64,000 nucleotides of DNA from a virus (taxonomy: Duplodnaviria > Caudoviricetes): the IMG/VR virus record IMGVR_UViG_3300025000_000055; one strand, given 5' to 3'. Of this stretch, positions 1 through 10,055 are shown piece after piece. The translations under genes and the position numbers were made by a program. Below the pieces are notes generated by a model, which saw nothing but the letters and a program-made list of their open reading frames with translations, did not search any database and was not told the DNA's origin. Every line of letters starts with the position of its first letter. Position 1 is the stretch's first letter.

Positions 1-213
1 GACAATGCAATAATGTCAATAGCAGCCGCAAACAACGTAGAATATATTTCTTTATTTAAGTTGTTTAGAGATTATATTGATGCGAGAGGTATTAGTTTTG
101 ATACACTCTCTGCTGATGGATTACACCTTAACGATGCGGGTTATGATATTATGCTTTATCTTATTTTAAATGCTTTGGGACTGGGCAATAAAGTTAACGG
201 CGCTACTTGGTAA
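1..213 (+). CDS. C-terminal end of an SGNH/GDSL hydrolase-domain protein (5' truncated by window edge)
   Basis: Frame is open from base 1; DGLHLNDAGY matches SGNH block V (DxxH). Confidence 0.7.
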   Translation, partial: DNAIMSIAAANNVEYISLFKLFRDYIDARGISFDTLSADGLHLNDAGYDIMLYLILNALGLGNKVNGATW

Positions 214-260
214 GTTAACTAACGAAGGTGTGTCAGTTTCATAAAATAATTTATAAAAAA

Positions 261-303
261 ATAATCTATTCATATAATTATTTATATTATATGAATAGAT
301 TAT
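261..303. terminator. Bidirectional intrinsic terminator-like hairpin
   Basis: 18-bp perfect stem ATAATCTATTCATATAAT / ATTATATGAATAGATTAT between convergent genes. Confidence 0.75.
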
Positions 304-305
304 AT

Positions 306-2660
306 TTATCTTATGTCAATAATAACTTCACCTTTACGTACTGATATTAATTTTCTCCCTTTACTTAATCTAGGTAATTCTATTACATCATTTATTTTAA
401 TTTCTTCAACAGTATTTTTTAAATATGCTTTGAATACTTCATTACCTTTAACTGTTTTAATCATTACCACATATTCATCATCTTCTAAACTAATAATTCT
501 TAATGGTTTACTATTTCTATCCATAGTTTTAAATTCTTTTAAGGTACATTTCTTACCTGTACCTTTATTAGTTAAAGCAAATAAATATTTATCCTTTTCA
601 TTCACAATATCCATTCCAATTACTTCTTCATTTTCAGTTAATTCAATTGCTTTAATACCAATAGACATTCTAGTTGTTTCTCTAATATCAGATGAAGATA
701 TTCTAACCCCAAACCCTTTATTAGTATAAATAACAACATCTTTATCACCAGCTAGTAATTTAACTGATTTTAGTATATCATTATCTTTAATAATTAGTCC
801 AACTAAATCACTTTTAATATTCATATAATACTTAACTAGAGTTTTCTTAATAACACCATTCTTTGTAATCATTAAGAAATAAATTGGTGTTTTAATACTA
901 GATATTGATTCAATTGTAGGTTTAGGAAATATGGTATTAATATTTCCATTTATATTACAATATTTATTTAATTTCTCTCCATTACTAGTAATAATACTAT
1001 TGTCTAACATATGAACAGGTAATCTTGAAACCTTACCACTTTCATCAAAGATTAATAAGTCTGATGTGTTTCTTGATTCTATTATTTCAATAGGGTAATC
1101 CCCCTGAGATATATTGCCTATAGAAGTAGATTTATCAGATAATTTTTTCACAAATCCATTAAAAGTAAAAACTATTAAATGATTAGTGTCTTGTATTTTA
1201 GTTTCTCCTTCAATAGAAATAACTCTACTCTTTCTATCTTCACCAAATAATTTTATTCCTTCTTCTAACTCATTTTTAATTATTTTATCAATTCTTTTTA
1301 CTGATTTAACAATCTTTTCATATTTTTCAATCTTTTCATTAATATCTATCATTTCTTTCTTATATTTTTTATATGATTCTTTAGAGAAAGCGCTCATTCT
1401 CATTTCAGATATATTCTCAGCCTGTAAAGAAGTTATATCAAAAGCTGACATTAATTTATTAACAATCTCGGCTTTATTTTCAGATTTTTTAATAATTCTT
1501 AAAGTCTTCTCACCATTTTCTTCATTTAAGATAAACAATAATATTTTCAATATATGTTGTCTTTCTCTTACCTTAGTTATCTTATGATTATAAATTCTTC
1601 TTTTAGTATCTCTTCTAAAATCAATCCAAGATAATAGTAACATTCTGATATTAAAATCTTTATCTTCATAATCATCAATTAGTTTAAAATTAACAGGATA
1701 TGTCTTTTCAAGATCAGTTTTTCTATATAAGGTATGAATAATAGAAATTGGGTCAACTTCTTTTTTAAGAAATAGTCTTAATTTAATGCCATTTCTTTCT
1801 GAATATTCATCTTTAATATCTTTTAATCCAGGTAATTTTCCTTCATCAAATAAAGCAATTATCTGATCCTTTAAGACATCTTTTAAATGAACTCTTAAAG
1901 GACACGATGTAACAGTAATAATATTATTAACTTCATCTAAATCAAAACTAGCCCTCATTTTAAACTTGCCCTTACCGGTTTCGGATAATTCTTTAAAATT
2001 ATTTTCATCAACTATAAGAGCACCGGTTGGTGAATCTGGTATTAAAGTAATATTTTCATAATCTGGGTCATCTATTAATTTCAATGTTAATTCACAGACT
2101 TCTCTAAAATTATATGTTGGTAATGAACAGCTTAATCCATACCCTATACCAAAACTATCATTAATTAATACGTTTGGGTATTTAGCTGGTAAATATTCTG
2201 GTTCTAATAAATCACCACTATAATTAGGTTTCATATCAACAATATTTTTATTAAATTCCTCAAAGAAACATTTATAAGAATAAAAACTTAAACGGGCTTC
2301 AATATAACGAGAAGCCGCAGCTGAGTCACCAATAGGATTACCAAAGTTTCCACTACCTTCAATAAAGCATTGAATATTATGCCAAGGTTGAGCTAATTTG
2401 ACTAGTGTATCATAAACAGGTTTATCACCATGAGGATGATATGCTAAAACCTGACCTACAAGTGTTGACACTTTTTTAAATCTATCATTATATGAGCAGC
2501 CTAATTCATATAATGTATATAATATTCTTCTTTCTCCTATCTTTAATCCATCTTCAGCAAAGGGTATGTGTCTCATAAGATTTGTATTAGCACCATATAT
2601 TTGCATATAATGGGTACATATATCACCAATATTTTCTATTTTAACATTTTTATCAAACAT
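306..2660 (-). CDS. gyrA: Type IIA topoisomerase A subunit (GyrA/ParC-like) with beta-pinwheel CTD
   Basis: DGLKIGERRILY, YHPHGD, GNFG, AASRYIEAR (catalytic Tyr); C-terminal repeats (TKNGVIKK, TNKGFGVR, TNKGTGKK). No clear GyrA-box seen. Confidence 0.95.
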   Translation of the reverse strand: MFDKNVKIENIGDICTHYMQIYGANTNLMRHIPFAEDGLKIGERRILYTLYELGCSYNDRFKKVSTLVGQVLAYHPHGDKPVYDTLVKLAQPWHNIQCFIEGSGNFGNPIGDSAAASRYIEARLSFYSYKCFFEEFNKNIVDMKPNYSGDLLEPEYLPAKYPNVLINDSFGIGYGLSCSLPTYNFREVCELTLKLIDDPDYENITLIPDSPTGALIVDENNFKELSETGKGKFKMRASFDLDEVNNIITVTSCPLRVHLKDVLKDQIIALFDEGKLPGLKDIKDEYSERNGIKLRLFLKKEVDPISIIHTLYRKTDLEKTYPVNFKLIDDYEDKDFNIRMLLLSWIDFRRDTKRRIYNHKITKVRERQHILKILLFILNEENGEKTLRIIKKSENKAEIVNKLMSAFDITSLQAENISEMRMSAFSKESYKKYKKEMIDINEKIEKYEKIVKSVKRIDKIIKNELEEGIKLFGEDRKSRVISIEGETKIQDTNHLIVFTFNGFVKKLSDKSTSIGNISQGDYPIEIIESRNTSDLLIFDESGKVSRLPVHMLDNSIITSNGEKLNKYCNINGNINTIFPKPTIESISSIKTPIYFLMITKNGVIKKTLVKYYMNIKSDLVGLIIKDNDILKSVKLLAGDKDVVIYTNKGFGVRISSSDIRETTRMSIGIKAIELTENEEVIGMDIVNEKDKYLFALTNKGTGKKCTLKEFKTMDRNSKPLRIISLEDDEYVVMIKTVKGNEVFKAYLKNTVEEIKINDVIELPRLSKGRKLISVRKGEVIIDIR

Positions 2661-2679
2661 AAATCTCCATCTCCCTATA

Positions 2680-2753
2680 TTTTATTATAAATTAATAATA
2701 TATAAATAAAAAAATAAGGGTTAAATAAAACCCCTTATTTAATGTAAAGTTTT
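2680..2753 (-). repeat. Terminator + early promoter + RBS unit, copy 1
   Basis: AATAAGGG..CCCCTTATT hairpin then TATATATTAT (2695-2704); diverged copy of the units at 3005 and 3670. Confidence 0.7.
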
Positions 2754-2999
2754 TTAGCATATTAGAAAATAGTGCCAACGACCTTCATAATCATTACACT
2801 CTAAAGGTTGTGTTTCAGGATTTTTTTGAAAATCTGGTAATTCCCATCTACCATGATTAGTCCCAGGACTTCTTAATAATTCAAATACCATATCAGGTAT
2901 TTCATTAATATTTTCAGGTGGTATAGACGCACAAACAATTAAACTTAATACAGTTTCTTTAACAACTACTATTTTGGGTAAATCATTATATTTTTTCAT
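2754..2999 (-). CDS. Hypothetical protein (81 aa)
   Basis: ORF with GGGGTG RBS, own promoter and terminator. Confidence 0.7.
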   Translation of the reverse strand: MKKYNDLPKIVVVKETVLSLIVCASIPPENINEIPDMVFELLRSPGTNHGRWELPDFQKNPETQPLECNDYEGRWHYFLIC

Positions 3000-3004
3000 T
3001 CTAA

Positions 3005-3081
3005 CACCCCTTATAAATTATATTTACAATAATAATATATATTTAAAAAATAAGGGTTAAAAAACCCTTATATTAATTTTA
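3005..3081 (-). repeat. Terminator + early promoter + RBS unit, copy 2
   Basis: Near-identical to 3670-3749: TATTTACAATAATAATATATATTTAAAAAATAAGGGTTAAA..AACCCTTATA. Confidence 0.8.
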
Positions 3082-3672
3082 TTAAACTAGATGTTTAACT
3101 TTATTCCAAATAGGTAGGAATCTTTCATATGCAAACTTATCGGCATATATTTCTTCAGGGTGAAATTTATGAATTATTCTTATTCTTCCTACTTTTTCTT
3201 TTAAAGTAGGAAAATTAAATGTTAAATTTAATAGATTATTAAATGTATTATCTAGTATTTTACCAGTTGGTACAGTCTTAGCATATTTATAAAGACAGTC
3301 ATAATAGTCCATATGTCCAAATTCATGTAATAAAGATATCAAAAAGTAAGTTTCTTCAGTTAACTCTAAATTAATAGATTTTAAAAATACATTAAATCTT
3401 TCGATTTCATGTTGATAATATTCAGGAAATTTATTTTTTAAATATGATAATTGATCAGTTCTAACAATAATTGTTGCTTCATATATATCAGTATACTCCC
3501 TAATAAAAACCTGAGTATAATTAGGAAGTTTCTTTTTACCAGTAAAATTAAGAATATTATGTTCATTTTCTTCTGATGACAGTGCTATATTTTTAACTAT
3601 TCCAAACTCAAAATTATTTAATTCATCATTTACAACTTTAATGCACTCTTCATAAAAAGACATTAAAAGCAC
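3082..3672 (-). CDS. HExxH zinc-metallopeptidase-like protein, paralog 1
   Basis: LLHEFGH plus downstream EEIYADKFA; paralogous to 3750-4325. Confidence 0.7.
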   Translation of the reverse strand: MLLMSFYEECIKVVNDELNNFEFGIVKNIALSSEENEHNILNFTGKKKLPNYTQVFIREYTDIYEATIIVRTDQLSYLKNKFPEYYQHEIERFNVFLKSINLELTEETYFLISLLHEFGHMDYYDCLYKYAKTVPTGKILDNTFNNLLNLTFNFPTLKEKVGRIRIIHKFHPEEIYADKFAYERFLPIWNKVKHLV

Positions 3673-3749
3673 CCCCTATAAATTTATATTTACAATAATA
3701 ATATATATTTAAAAAATAAGGGTTAAATAAAACCCTTATATAAATTTTA
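3670..3749 (-). repeat. Terminator + early promoter + RBS unit, copy 3
   Basis: See copy 2; AATATATATTAT at 3698-3709. Confidence 0.8.
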
Positions 3750-4325
3750 TTAAATTAGATGTTTAACCTTATTCCAAATTAGAAAAAAGTTTTCTATTGC
3801 ATATTTATCAGCATAAACTTCCTCAGGTTTAAAACCATAAAATGAACCACTTTTCTTATTATTAAAAATAAGTTGTAAGGCATTTGCATATACCTTTTGA
3901 AAAGTCACCTTTTTAAATACATCTGAACCATAATGATAAAATTTATCTAAATACTCAACATGACCAAATTCATGTAATAATGCAATAATAAAATAGGTGT
4001 TATCGTTTAATGTAATACTACTATTAATTAAAAATTTATAGTGGTCTTTTATTTTTTCATATAATTCAGGCTTTCTAATTTTAGTAAGTTCTAATTCATC
4101 TGTTTTTATTATTATTTTTGCTTCAAAACCATAAAAATTAGAACATGAAAGATGATTGTAACTTACATGTGTGAAATTTGGAAGACGTTTACTCTTATTA
4201 TTATAATCATAACACTCAGAATGTTTATTTCCAATTGATGTTAAAATTATTGATGTAACTATTCCAAATTCAAAATTATTTAATTCATCCTTTACAACTT
4301 TAATACATTCTTCATAAAAAGACAT
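3750..4325 (-). CDS. HExxH zinc-metallopeptidase-like protein, paralog 2
   Basis: LLHEFGH, EEVYADKYA; shares MSFYEECIKVV start and WNKVKHL end with paralog 1. Confidence 0.7.
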   Translation of the reverse strand: MSFYEECIKVVKDELNNFEFGIVTSIILTSIGNKHSECYDYNNKSKRLPNFTHVSYNHLSCSNFYGFEAKIIIKTDELELTKIRKPELYEKIKDHYKFLINSSITLNDNTYFIIALLHEFGHVEYLDKFYHYGSDVFKKVTFQKVYANALQLIFNNKKSGSFYGFKPEEVYADKYAIENFFLIWNKVKHLI

Positions 4326-4344
4326 AATAAAATAACATCTCCTT

Positions 4345-6708
4345 TTAATTATCTAAATCTTCTCTATCTATCTTAAAGTTTTTCATTAATTGTTTTCTTT
4401 CACTAATTGCATCAGTTCCTTCACCATGTATAATTCTAAACTTTTCAACTTCTTTCTCAATATCTTTCATCGTTAATTGTATTAATATTCTTTTATTTGG
4501 ATTCATTGTTGTTTCCCATAAATCATTAGATTTTAATTCTCCTAATCCTTTAAACCTAGTTTTTATTTTAGGTTTATATTTTTGACATAATATGAAGAAT
4601 TCTGCTAAAGACATAACTCTTCTATATTCATTTTCAACACTAACATCATAATATATTTTTCTATTATTAACTTTATCGATAAATATTTTTAATCCATTTA
4701 TTCTTTTTCTAAACAATTCATCTATAATAACTATTTGAAACTTACCTTCAATAATGCCAGATATAACATTATCTTCTTTATTCATTTCAGGGAAAACTAC
4801 TTTTAAATCATTTAAAACATCTTTGTCATCAATATTAATAATAATAAATTCCATTAAAATAGGATGTATATTAAAATGGTTAGCAACTCGATATAATTCT
4901 TCTAAATACATTCTATTTTTTAATAAGAATTCTTTCATTTCATCAGTGTTTAATAGTTTTCCATTATCTCTAAGTTTAACTTTATCTCTAATTCTACGTT
5001 CAAATACTTCAATATATTCCTTTTTATCTAATATGAAAGGTTTTTCTTTATCATGAATTTCATAAAGTGGTGAAACCGCTTTATATAATAAACCTCGTTT
5101 AATTATTTCAGGTAAATGTATTAAAAAGAATACGCATATCAAAGAATTAATTCTATATCCATCAACATCAGAATCTGACATTATAATTATTTTTCTATAA
5201 TGTAATTTTTTAATATCAAAATTACTACCAACACCACATTTTAACCTTTTAACCAATTCTTTAAATTCAATATTGTCTAATACTTTATATAGTTCTAGAT
5301 TAAAACTATTTAAAGGTACACCGAATATTGAAAACAATGCTTGTGTATTAGTATCTCGTCCTTGTCTAGCTGTTCCTAAAGCTGAATCTCCTTCAATAAT
5401 AAATAATTCTCTATAAAGATCACCTTTATTATTAGCTTTAACGAAATTCTTCAAGGCATGATCAGCAAACGTCCCACTATCACCTTTAATAACAGCATTA
5501 CGAACTTTATTAGCTTGAGTTCTAGCTCTGGCTATAAGTTTAATATAATCAGTAACTTTCTTTAATTCTTTTGGATGATTTTTAAAATATTCAGTTAATG
5601 CTTTATATGTCATATCTCTTAATGGTTTAGAGAAAGAATTATTAGTTATTTTTTCTTTTACTTGCCCACTAAATTCTGGACGCATATCAGTACTTAAAAA
5701 TAAAGTAAGAACCAAATTAGATGTAATATCATTATATACAATATCAATATTTTTTAAATCCCTTTGACTTAAACTTTCTCTTGTTTGTTTACTTAAATAT
5801 TGTATAATACCTTGTTTAACAGCATCAACATGGACACCATTATCAATGGTATTAACAAAATTACAAAAAGAGTCAACTAACATTTCACCATTATTATTTT
5901 TAGAATTAAACGTAAATGCAACTTCTAATCCTATAAATCTATTGTATTCATTTCCTTTATCAAATTCTTTTATTTTCATTGATTGAAAGAAATGTATAGG
6001 ATCTAATAAAGGTTCTTTACATAATTTTTTTATATAATCAGCTAAACCATTTTTATTTCTATATTTCTTTTGTATAGTAGATTCTTTTCCTTTTCTTATA
6101 ACACTAAGGTTAATTTTTATATCAGGAGTGACTAAATAAATTATTTTTTCAATCCAATTTATTAAATCTTCTGTTATTATATTACATTCATCACCCATGT
6201 AAAATGGTGATGGTTTAAAAATAATAGTTAATCCATGTTTATCTTTATTAGACACTTTTGTTAGTTTTTCTTCTATTTTTTTACCATTTTCAAATCTTAT
6301 AGTAAATTTTTCACCATATCTAATTGAACTTATTTCAAATAAATATGACAATGAATTGATCGTTAATAATCCAACACCGTTCTCCCCAGCACTTTGATTA
6401 GATTGTTCTCTAGTAAATTTACTACCAGATTGTAATGTAGTACATAGTAATTCCAACTTATCAAATAAAATACCTCTACCGTTGTCTAAAACTTTAATTG
6501 TATTTTCAGCTTCATCTAGATAAATATCAATTTCATTTCCAGGGGAATTAACATTAATACATTCATCTATAGAGTTATTGATAGTTTCTTTTACTAGATG
6601 AAGTGAACCTTTTTCACCAAGATAACCTATGTAAACATTTGGTTTACATTGTACTTTTTCAATATCACTTTCTTTATGATCAATAATATCATCAATAAAT
6701 TTAGACAT
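4345..6708 (-). CDS. gyrB: Type IIA topoisomerase B subunit (GyrB/ParE-like)
   Basis: GHKL motifs ETINNSIDE, DNGRGI, GENGVG; TOPRIM EGDSA and DSDVDG; RFKGLGE. Confidence 0.95.
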   Translation of the reverse strand: MSKFIDDIIDHKESDIEKVQCKPNVYIGYLGEKGSLHLVKETINNSIDECINVNSPGNEIDIYLDEAENTIKVLDNGRGILFDKLELLCTTLQSGSKFTREQSNQSAGENGVGLLTINSLSYLFEISSIRYGEKFTIRFENGKKIEEKLTKVSNKDKHGLTIIFKPSPFYMGDECNIITEDLINWIEKIIYLVTPDIKINLSVIRKGKESTIQKKYRNKNGLADYIKKLCKEPLLDPIHFFQSMKIKEFDKGNEYNRFIGLEVAFTFNSKNNNGEMLVDSFCNFVNTIDNGVHVDAVKQGIIQYLSKQTRESLSQRDLKNIDIVYNDITSNLVLTLFLSTDMRPEFSGQVKEKITNNSFSKPLRDMTYKALTEYFKNHPKELKKVTDYIKLIARARTQANKVRNAVIKGDSGTFADHALKNFVKANNKGDLYRELFIIEGDSALGTARQGRDTNTQALFSIFGVPLNSFNLELYKVLDNIEFKELVKRLKCGVGSNFDIKKLHYRKIIIMSDSDVDGYRINSLICVFFLIHLPEIIKRGLLYKAVSPLYEIHDKEKPFILDKKEYIEVFERRIRDKVKLRDNGKLLNTDEMKEFLLKNRMYLEELYRVANHFNIHPILMEFIIINIDDKDVLNDLKVVFPEMNKEDNVISGIIEGKFQIVIIDELFRKRINGLKIFIDKVNNRKIYYDVSVENEYRRVMSLAEFFILCQKYKPKIKTRFKGLGELKSNDLWETTMNPNKRILIQLTMKDIEKEVEKFRIIHGEGTDAISERKQLMKNFKIDREDLDN

Positions 6709-6732
6709 CTAAACCATCCCCTATCTTTTTTA

Positions 6733-6744
6733 TATGTAAATGTT
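6733..6744 (-). promoter_or_regulatory. AACA-N6-TA promoter upstream of gyrB
   Basis: Minus strand AACA-TTTACA-TA just upstream of the RBS. Confidence 0.55.
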
Positions 6745-6848
6745 CCTAGGTTAATAAAAAACCATTATTGAACATAAATTTATTTTATAAAGAATAATAT
6801 AAAAAAATAGATGTGATAATAAAATATCACATCTATTTCTTATTAAAA

Positions 6849-7331
6849 TTATTTCCTTTTCCCGCCACCAATAAAAGAAATAGAACCAACACCGTAAGAA
6901 CCAATGTCATCTCTGTCATTTTTCTTCTTATTTCGTTTACCATAAATATCGGCATACCTCTCATACAGTTCCTTGGTTTCATTCATATTGAAATCTAACT
7001 CACCTAGCAACATGATAATTTTTTCATCTTTATCACAATCGGCAAAACTCCGTATTTGTTGAATTGCGTTGTGCATTGTGTTCAAAGCATCTTTCAATGC
7101 ATCCTTACTAATATGATTCATATTAAATACAGTTTTACAATATTTGCATTGATAATCACCAGGTTTACCTTTTTCATAAGGATAAATTTTTAATTTACCT
7201 TTTTCATTCTGGTGACAGCAATGAATTGCTATTTTTTTCTTTTCTTTATGAAAGTCTCTTTCCATCCCTTCCAGTCTTTCAAGTTTACTAATAATACGTT
7301 TTCTGTCTCTGTCTTTACTCATTAATCTCAA
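6849..7331 (-). CDS. Hypothetical protein with Cys/His cluster (CCH...CKYC)
   Basis: ORF with AGGAGG RBS. Confidence 0.75.
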   Translation of the reverse strand: MRLMSKDRDRKRIISKLERLEGMERDFHKEKKKIAIHCCHQNEKGKLKIYPYEKGKPGDYQCKYCKTVFNMNHISKDALKDALNTMHNAIQQIRSFADCDKDEKIIMLLGELDFNMNETKELYERYADIYGKRNKKKNDRDDIGSYGVGSISFIGGGKRK

Positions 7332-7374
7332 CCTCCTATTTTTTAAATTAAATTATTTTATTACATCTTGCTTA

Positions 7375-7384
7375 ATAATATATA
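7375..7384 (-). promoter_or_regulatory. Early-type promoter TATATATTAT
   Basis: Exact motif in the intergenic region upstream of 7331. Confidence 0.6.
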
Positions 7385-7448
7385 CTTAAAAAATTAATCA
7401 ATTTTAAATTTACAATAGTGTTTATACACTATTAATTTTTTACATGAA

Positions 7449-7488
7449 TATATAATAAAGTATAAGTTAACTTATACTTTATTATATA
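7449..7488. terminator. 40-bp perfect palindrome, terminator-like
   Basis: TATATAATAAAGTATAAGTT|AACTTATACTTTATTATATA just downstream of a stop codon. Confidence 0.65.
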
Positions 7489-7492
7489 AAAT

Positions 7493-7786
7493 TTAAGCAA
7501 AAATATATCTTTTTTCAATTATGTCAATAACAGTAGGTTCAGGAACCATTATTATTGATTCCAATGTATCTACAGGTTTATATACATAATATACATTACC
7601 TTTATTATCCTCTTCCTCCATCTTTATAACTTCAGTATTTTCAGCACCTATAATAAGAAAAACTTCTTCAAAAACAAATTCATCTCTCTTAAATACTTTT
7701 TTTGAAATGTTATTAAATATAAAACCTAATACTCTACTGTCTCCACCACCATCATTGATAATATTCTGTATATCAGCAATTCTCAT
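7493..7786 (-). CDS. Hypothetical protein (97 aa)
   Basis: ORF with GGAGGGG RBS. Confidence 0.75.
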   Translation of the reverse strand: MRIADIQNIINDGGGDSRVLGFIFNNISKKVFKRDEFVFEEVFLIIGAENTEVIKMEEEDNKGNVYYVYKPVDTLESIIMVPEPTVIDIIEKRYIFA

Positions 7787-8097
7787 TTATTTTCCCCTCC
7801 TATTTTTATTATTTTTCTTTACTATAAAATAAAGAAAAATATTCTTTTAATCTTTTAACTTTTTGTTCAATTGATTCATATTTCATTCCCTTACTATTGT
7901 TTAAAACAGAGGTTAATACCTTTCCTATATATTTTAAAAGAAATTATAATCATCCGCTACTTTAAAATATACTTTTAAATATATCTTATTACTCGTTTAG
8001 ATTTTTTTATAGTACCAATAGCCTACAGCAAACTAATTATTTTTCATAAGAAAGGGGAATAGTTTGGATTATTGTATAACTTTATAACCCCTTTTTA

Positions 8098-9270
8098 TTA
8101 AACCGCTATAATTAATCTACTAATAGCTCTAGTTATAGCAGTATATAGCCATTTAAAATAATATTCTTTACTACCCATTCTTTCATCATAAACTAATACA
8201 CTGTTATATTGAGAACCTTGTGATAGATGTGTTGTTATAGCATGGGCGAATTCAAATCTATTAACATAACTTCTTTTACTTTGTTTTCTTTCCTCATAAC
8301 TCTTAAATAAGTAATTATGATCTATTGGGATTCTTCTAAAAAATTCATCTGTTAAAAATTCGGGTCTAAAATCGATACATACTGATCTTTTATTATATGT
8401 ATCTAAATGGATATCTTTAACATATCCAACCAATCCATTAACAAGAGATATATTTTCTAAAATAGATAATGACCAATTATTTTGTCTACATATAATTTTA
8501 TCACCGATAATTGGAAATGGTTTATTTATTTTATTAATACCTTCCCTCACATAATTATTTATATTGTCTCTAGTTCTATTTTTACCACAAATAACTATAT
8601 CATTATTGACTAACATATTGTCAGTAATATCTTCTTTATTAATAACAAAACAATTATCCCCATATTGGCCAACTTTTAATAATTTATGTTTTATTGCTTG
8701 CTGGCTTAAATGAATAATGGGGTCATTTTTTTTCTGTCTTATTATTTCAGTTAATATAATGTCCGGATTATTTAAGAAGAAAGGTTTACCAAAAATTGGT
8801 GGTAATTGATTCAAATCACCTAATACTAAAACCGGTAAATTAAAACTTAAGATATCGGTTCCAATTTTTTCATCAATCATTGAACCTTCATCAACAACTA
8901 AAAGTTCAATATTATCAGGTAAATCAGTTTTTTTAACAAATGTTAGGGTTGTAAGAATGCGGCCATTCTTTCTTATAAAATTATTATTTTCATCCAATAT
9001 AGGAATATCTACTAGATCATAAATGACACTATGTATAGTTTGGGCTTTAATACCTTGTCGCATTAAAGCCATTGCTGCTTTACCAATGTACGCCATAAAT
9101 AAAACATTTTTCATTGGTATTCTTAATTCATTTATTAAATAACGTACAATAAATGTTTTTCCTGAACCAGCAGGTCCTGATAACTCAATTACCTGCTTAT
9201 TTTGTTTCTTTTTCCATAAAACAACTTTCTTTACAGCATTACTTTGTTGACTATATAATACATCACTCAT
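8098..9270 (-). CDS. SF1B helicase, Dda/RecD-like
   Basis: SGPAGSGKT, VVDEGSM, LGDLNQLPP, TTHLSQGSQY, LYTAITRA. Confidence 0.9.
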   Translation of the reverse strand: MSDVLYSQQSNAVKKVVLWKKKQNKQVIELSGPAGSGKTFIVRYLINELRIPMKNVLFMAYIGKAAMALMRQGIKAQTIHSVIYDLVDIPILDENNNFIRKNGRILTTLTFVKKTDLPDNIELLVVDEGSMIDEKIGTDILSFNLPVLVLGDLNQLPPIFGKPFFLNNPDIILTEIIRQKKNDPIIHLSQQAIKHKLLKVGQYGDNCFVINKEDITDNMLVNNDIVICGKNRTRDNINNYVREGINKINKPFPIIGDKIICRQNNWSLSILENISLVNGLVGYVKDIHLDTYNKRSVCIDFRPEFLTDEFFRRIPIDHNYLFKSYEERKQSKRSYVNRFEFAHAITTHLSQGSQYNSVLVYDERMGSKEYYFKWLYTAITRAISRLIIAV

Positions 9271-9407
9271 ATATTTTTTATATCACCTCTTCTATTAACG
9301 TAGGAAGTTAATAGTCACTATTCCTTTATATGATTGTGTAATAAATATTAAAAATCAATTACATTTATATAAATACAAAGTTGCTATGAAAATTAGGGGG
9401 TGAAATT

Positions 9408-10055
9408 ATGTTTAATGGTTTAGAAAGCCTTGGAGTTAAATCTGATGAATATTGTTTTTTATTAGAAGAATCTAATCAATATAACAAATCATTTAAAGTT
9501 AATATACCTAAATTTATGCCAATGTTTTCAATAGATGATACACCTAAAACTAATAATATAATTTTCGACAATAATATTTTTTTAAATGATGAAACTTGCA
9601 AACCAATTGTAAATAAATCAATAGTTACACAAAATTATATTTCATTAGAGAGATTTAGAAATACTAACTTTAGATTCCATCCTTCTAAAATACATAAGAA
9701 AACTAGATTTATTTGTAAAATAGTTAATATGAATTTAAGAAATATGGGTATTACTGACGATGAACTAAATTTAGATCAAGTAGATGGTAACAATCAAATT
9801 TTTATTAGAAACCCATCTCATGAAATAATAGATAGAATACAATCTGGGGATACTATAAAATTTGCAAATGGTGTTGGTGGAGCTGATGAAGAATATTCAA
9901 TATTAACAGGAAAAGTATCTCAAGTAAAAGAATGGGGAGTTATAGCTACATTACCACCAACCCATGATGTCCCATATGGTGTATTATCAAGTCATATTAT
10001 TGGTGTGTATACAACTACTGGAACATACAAAACTAATATAAGGGGTGATTATTAA
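9408..10055 (+). CDS. Hypothetical protein, probably virion-related
   Basis: ORF with GGGGGTG RBS, coupled to a baseplate-like gene. Confidence 0.6.
   Translation: MFNGLESLGVKSDEYCFLLEESNQYNKSFKVNIPKFMPMFSIDDTPKTNNIIFDNNIFLNDETCKPIVNKSIVTQNYISLERFRNTNFRFHPSKIHKKTRFICKIVNMNLRNMGITDDELNLDQVDGNNQIFIRNPSHEIIDRIQSGDTIKFANGVGGADEEYSILTGKVSQVKEWGVIATLPPTHDVPYGVLSSHIIGVYTTTGTYKTNIRGDY

Noticed and set aside
7787-8097. About 300 bp apparently non-coding gap, possible ncRNA
   Set aside because: No stable structure, repeat or known RNA motif recognised; it may hold degraded micro-ORFs.
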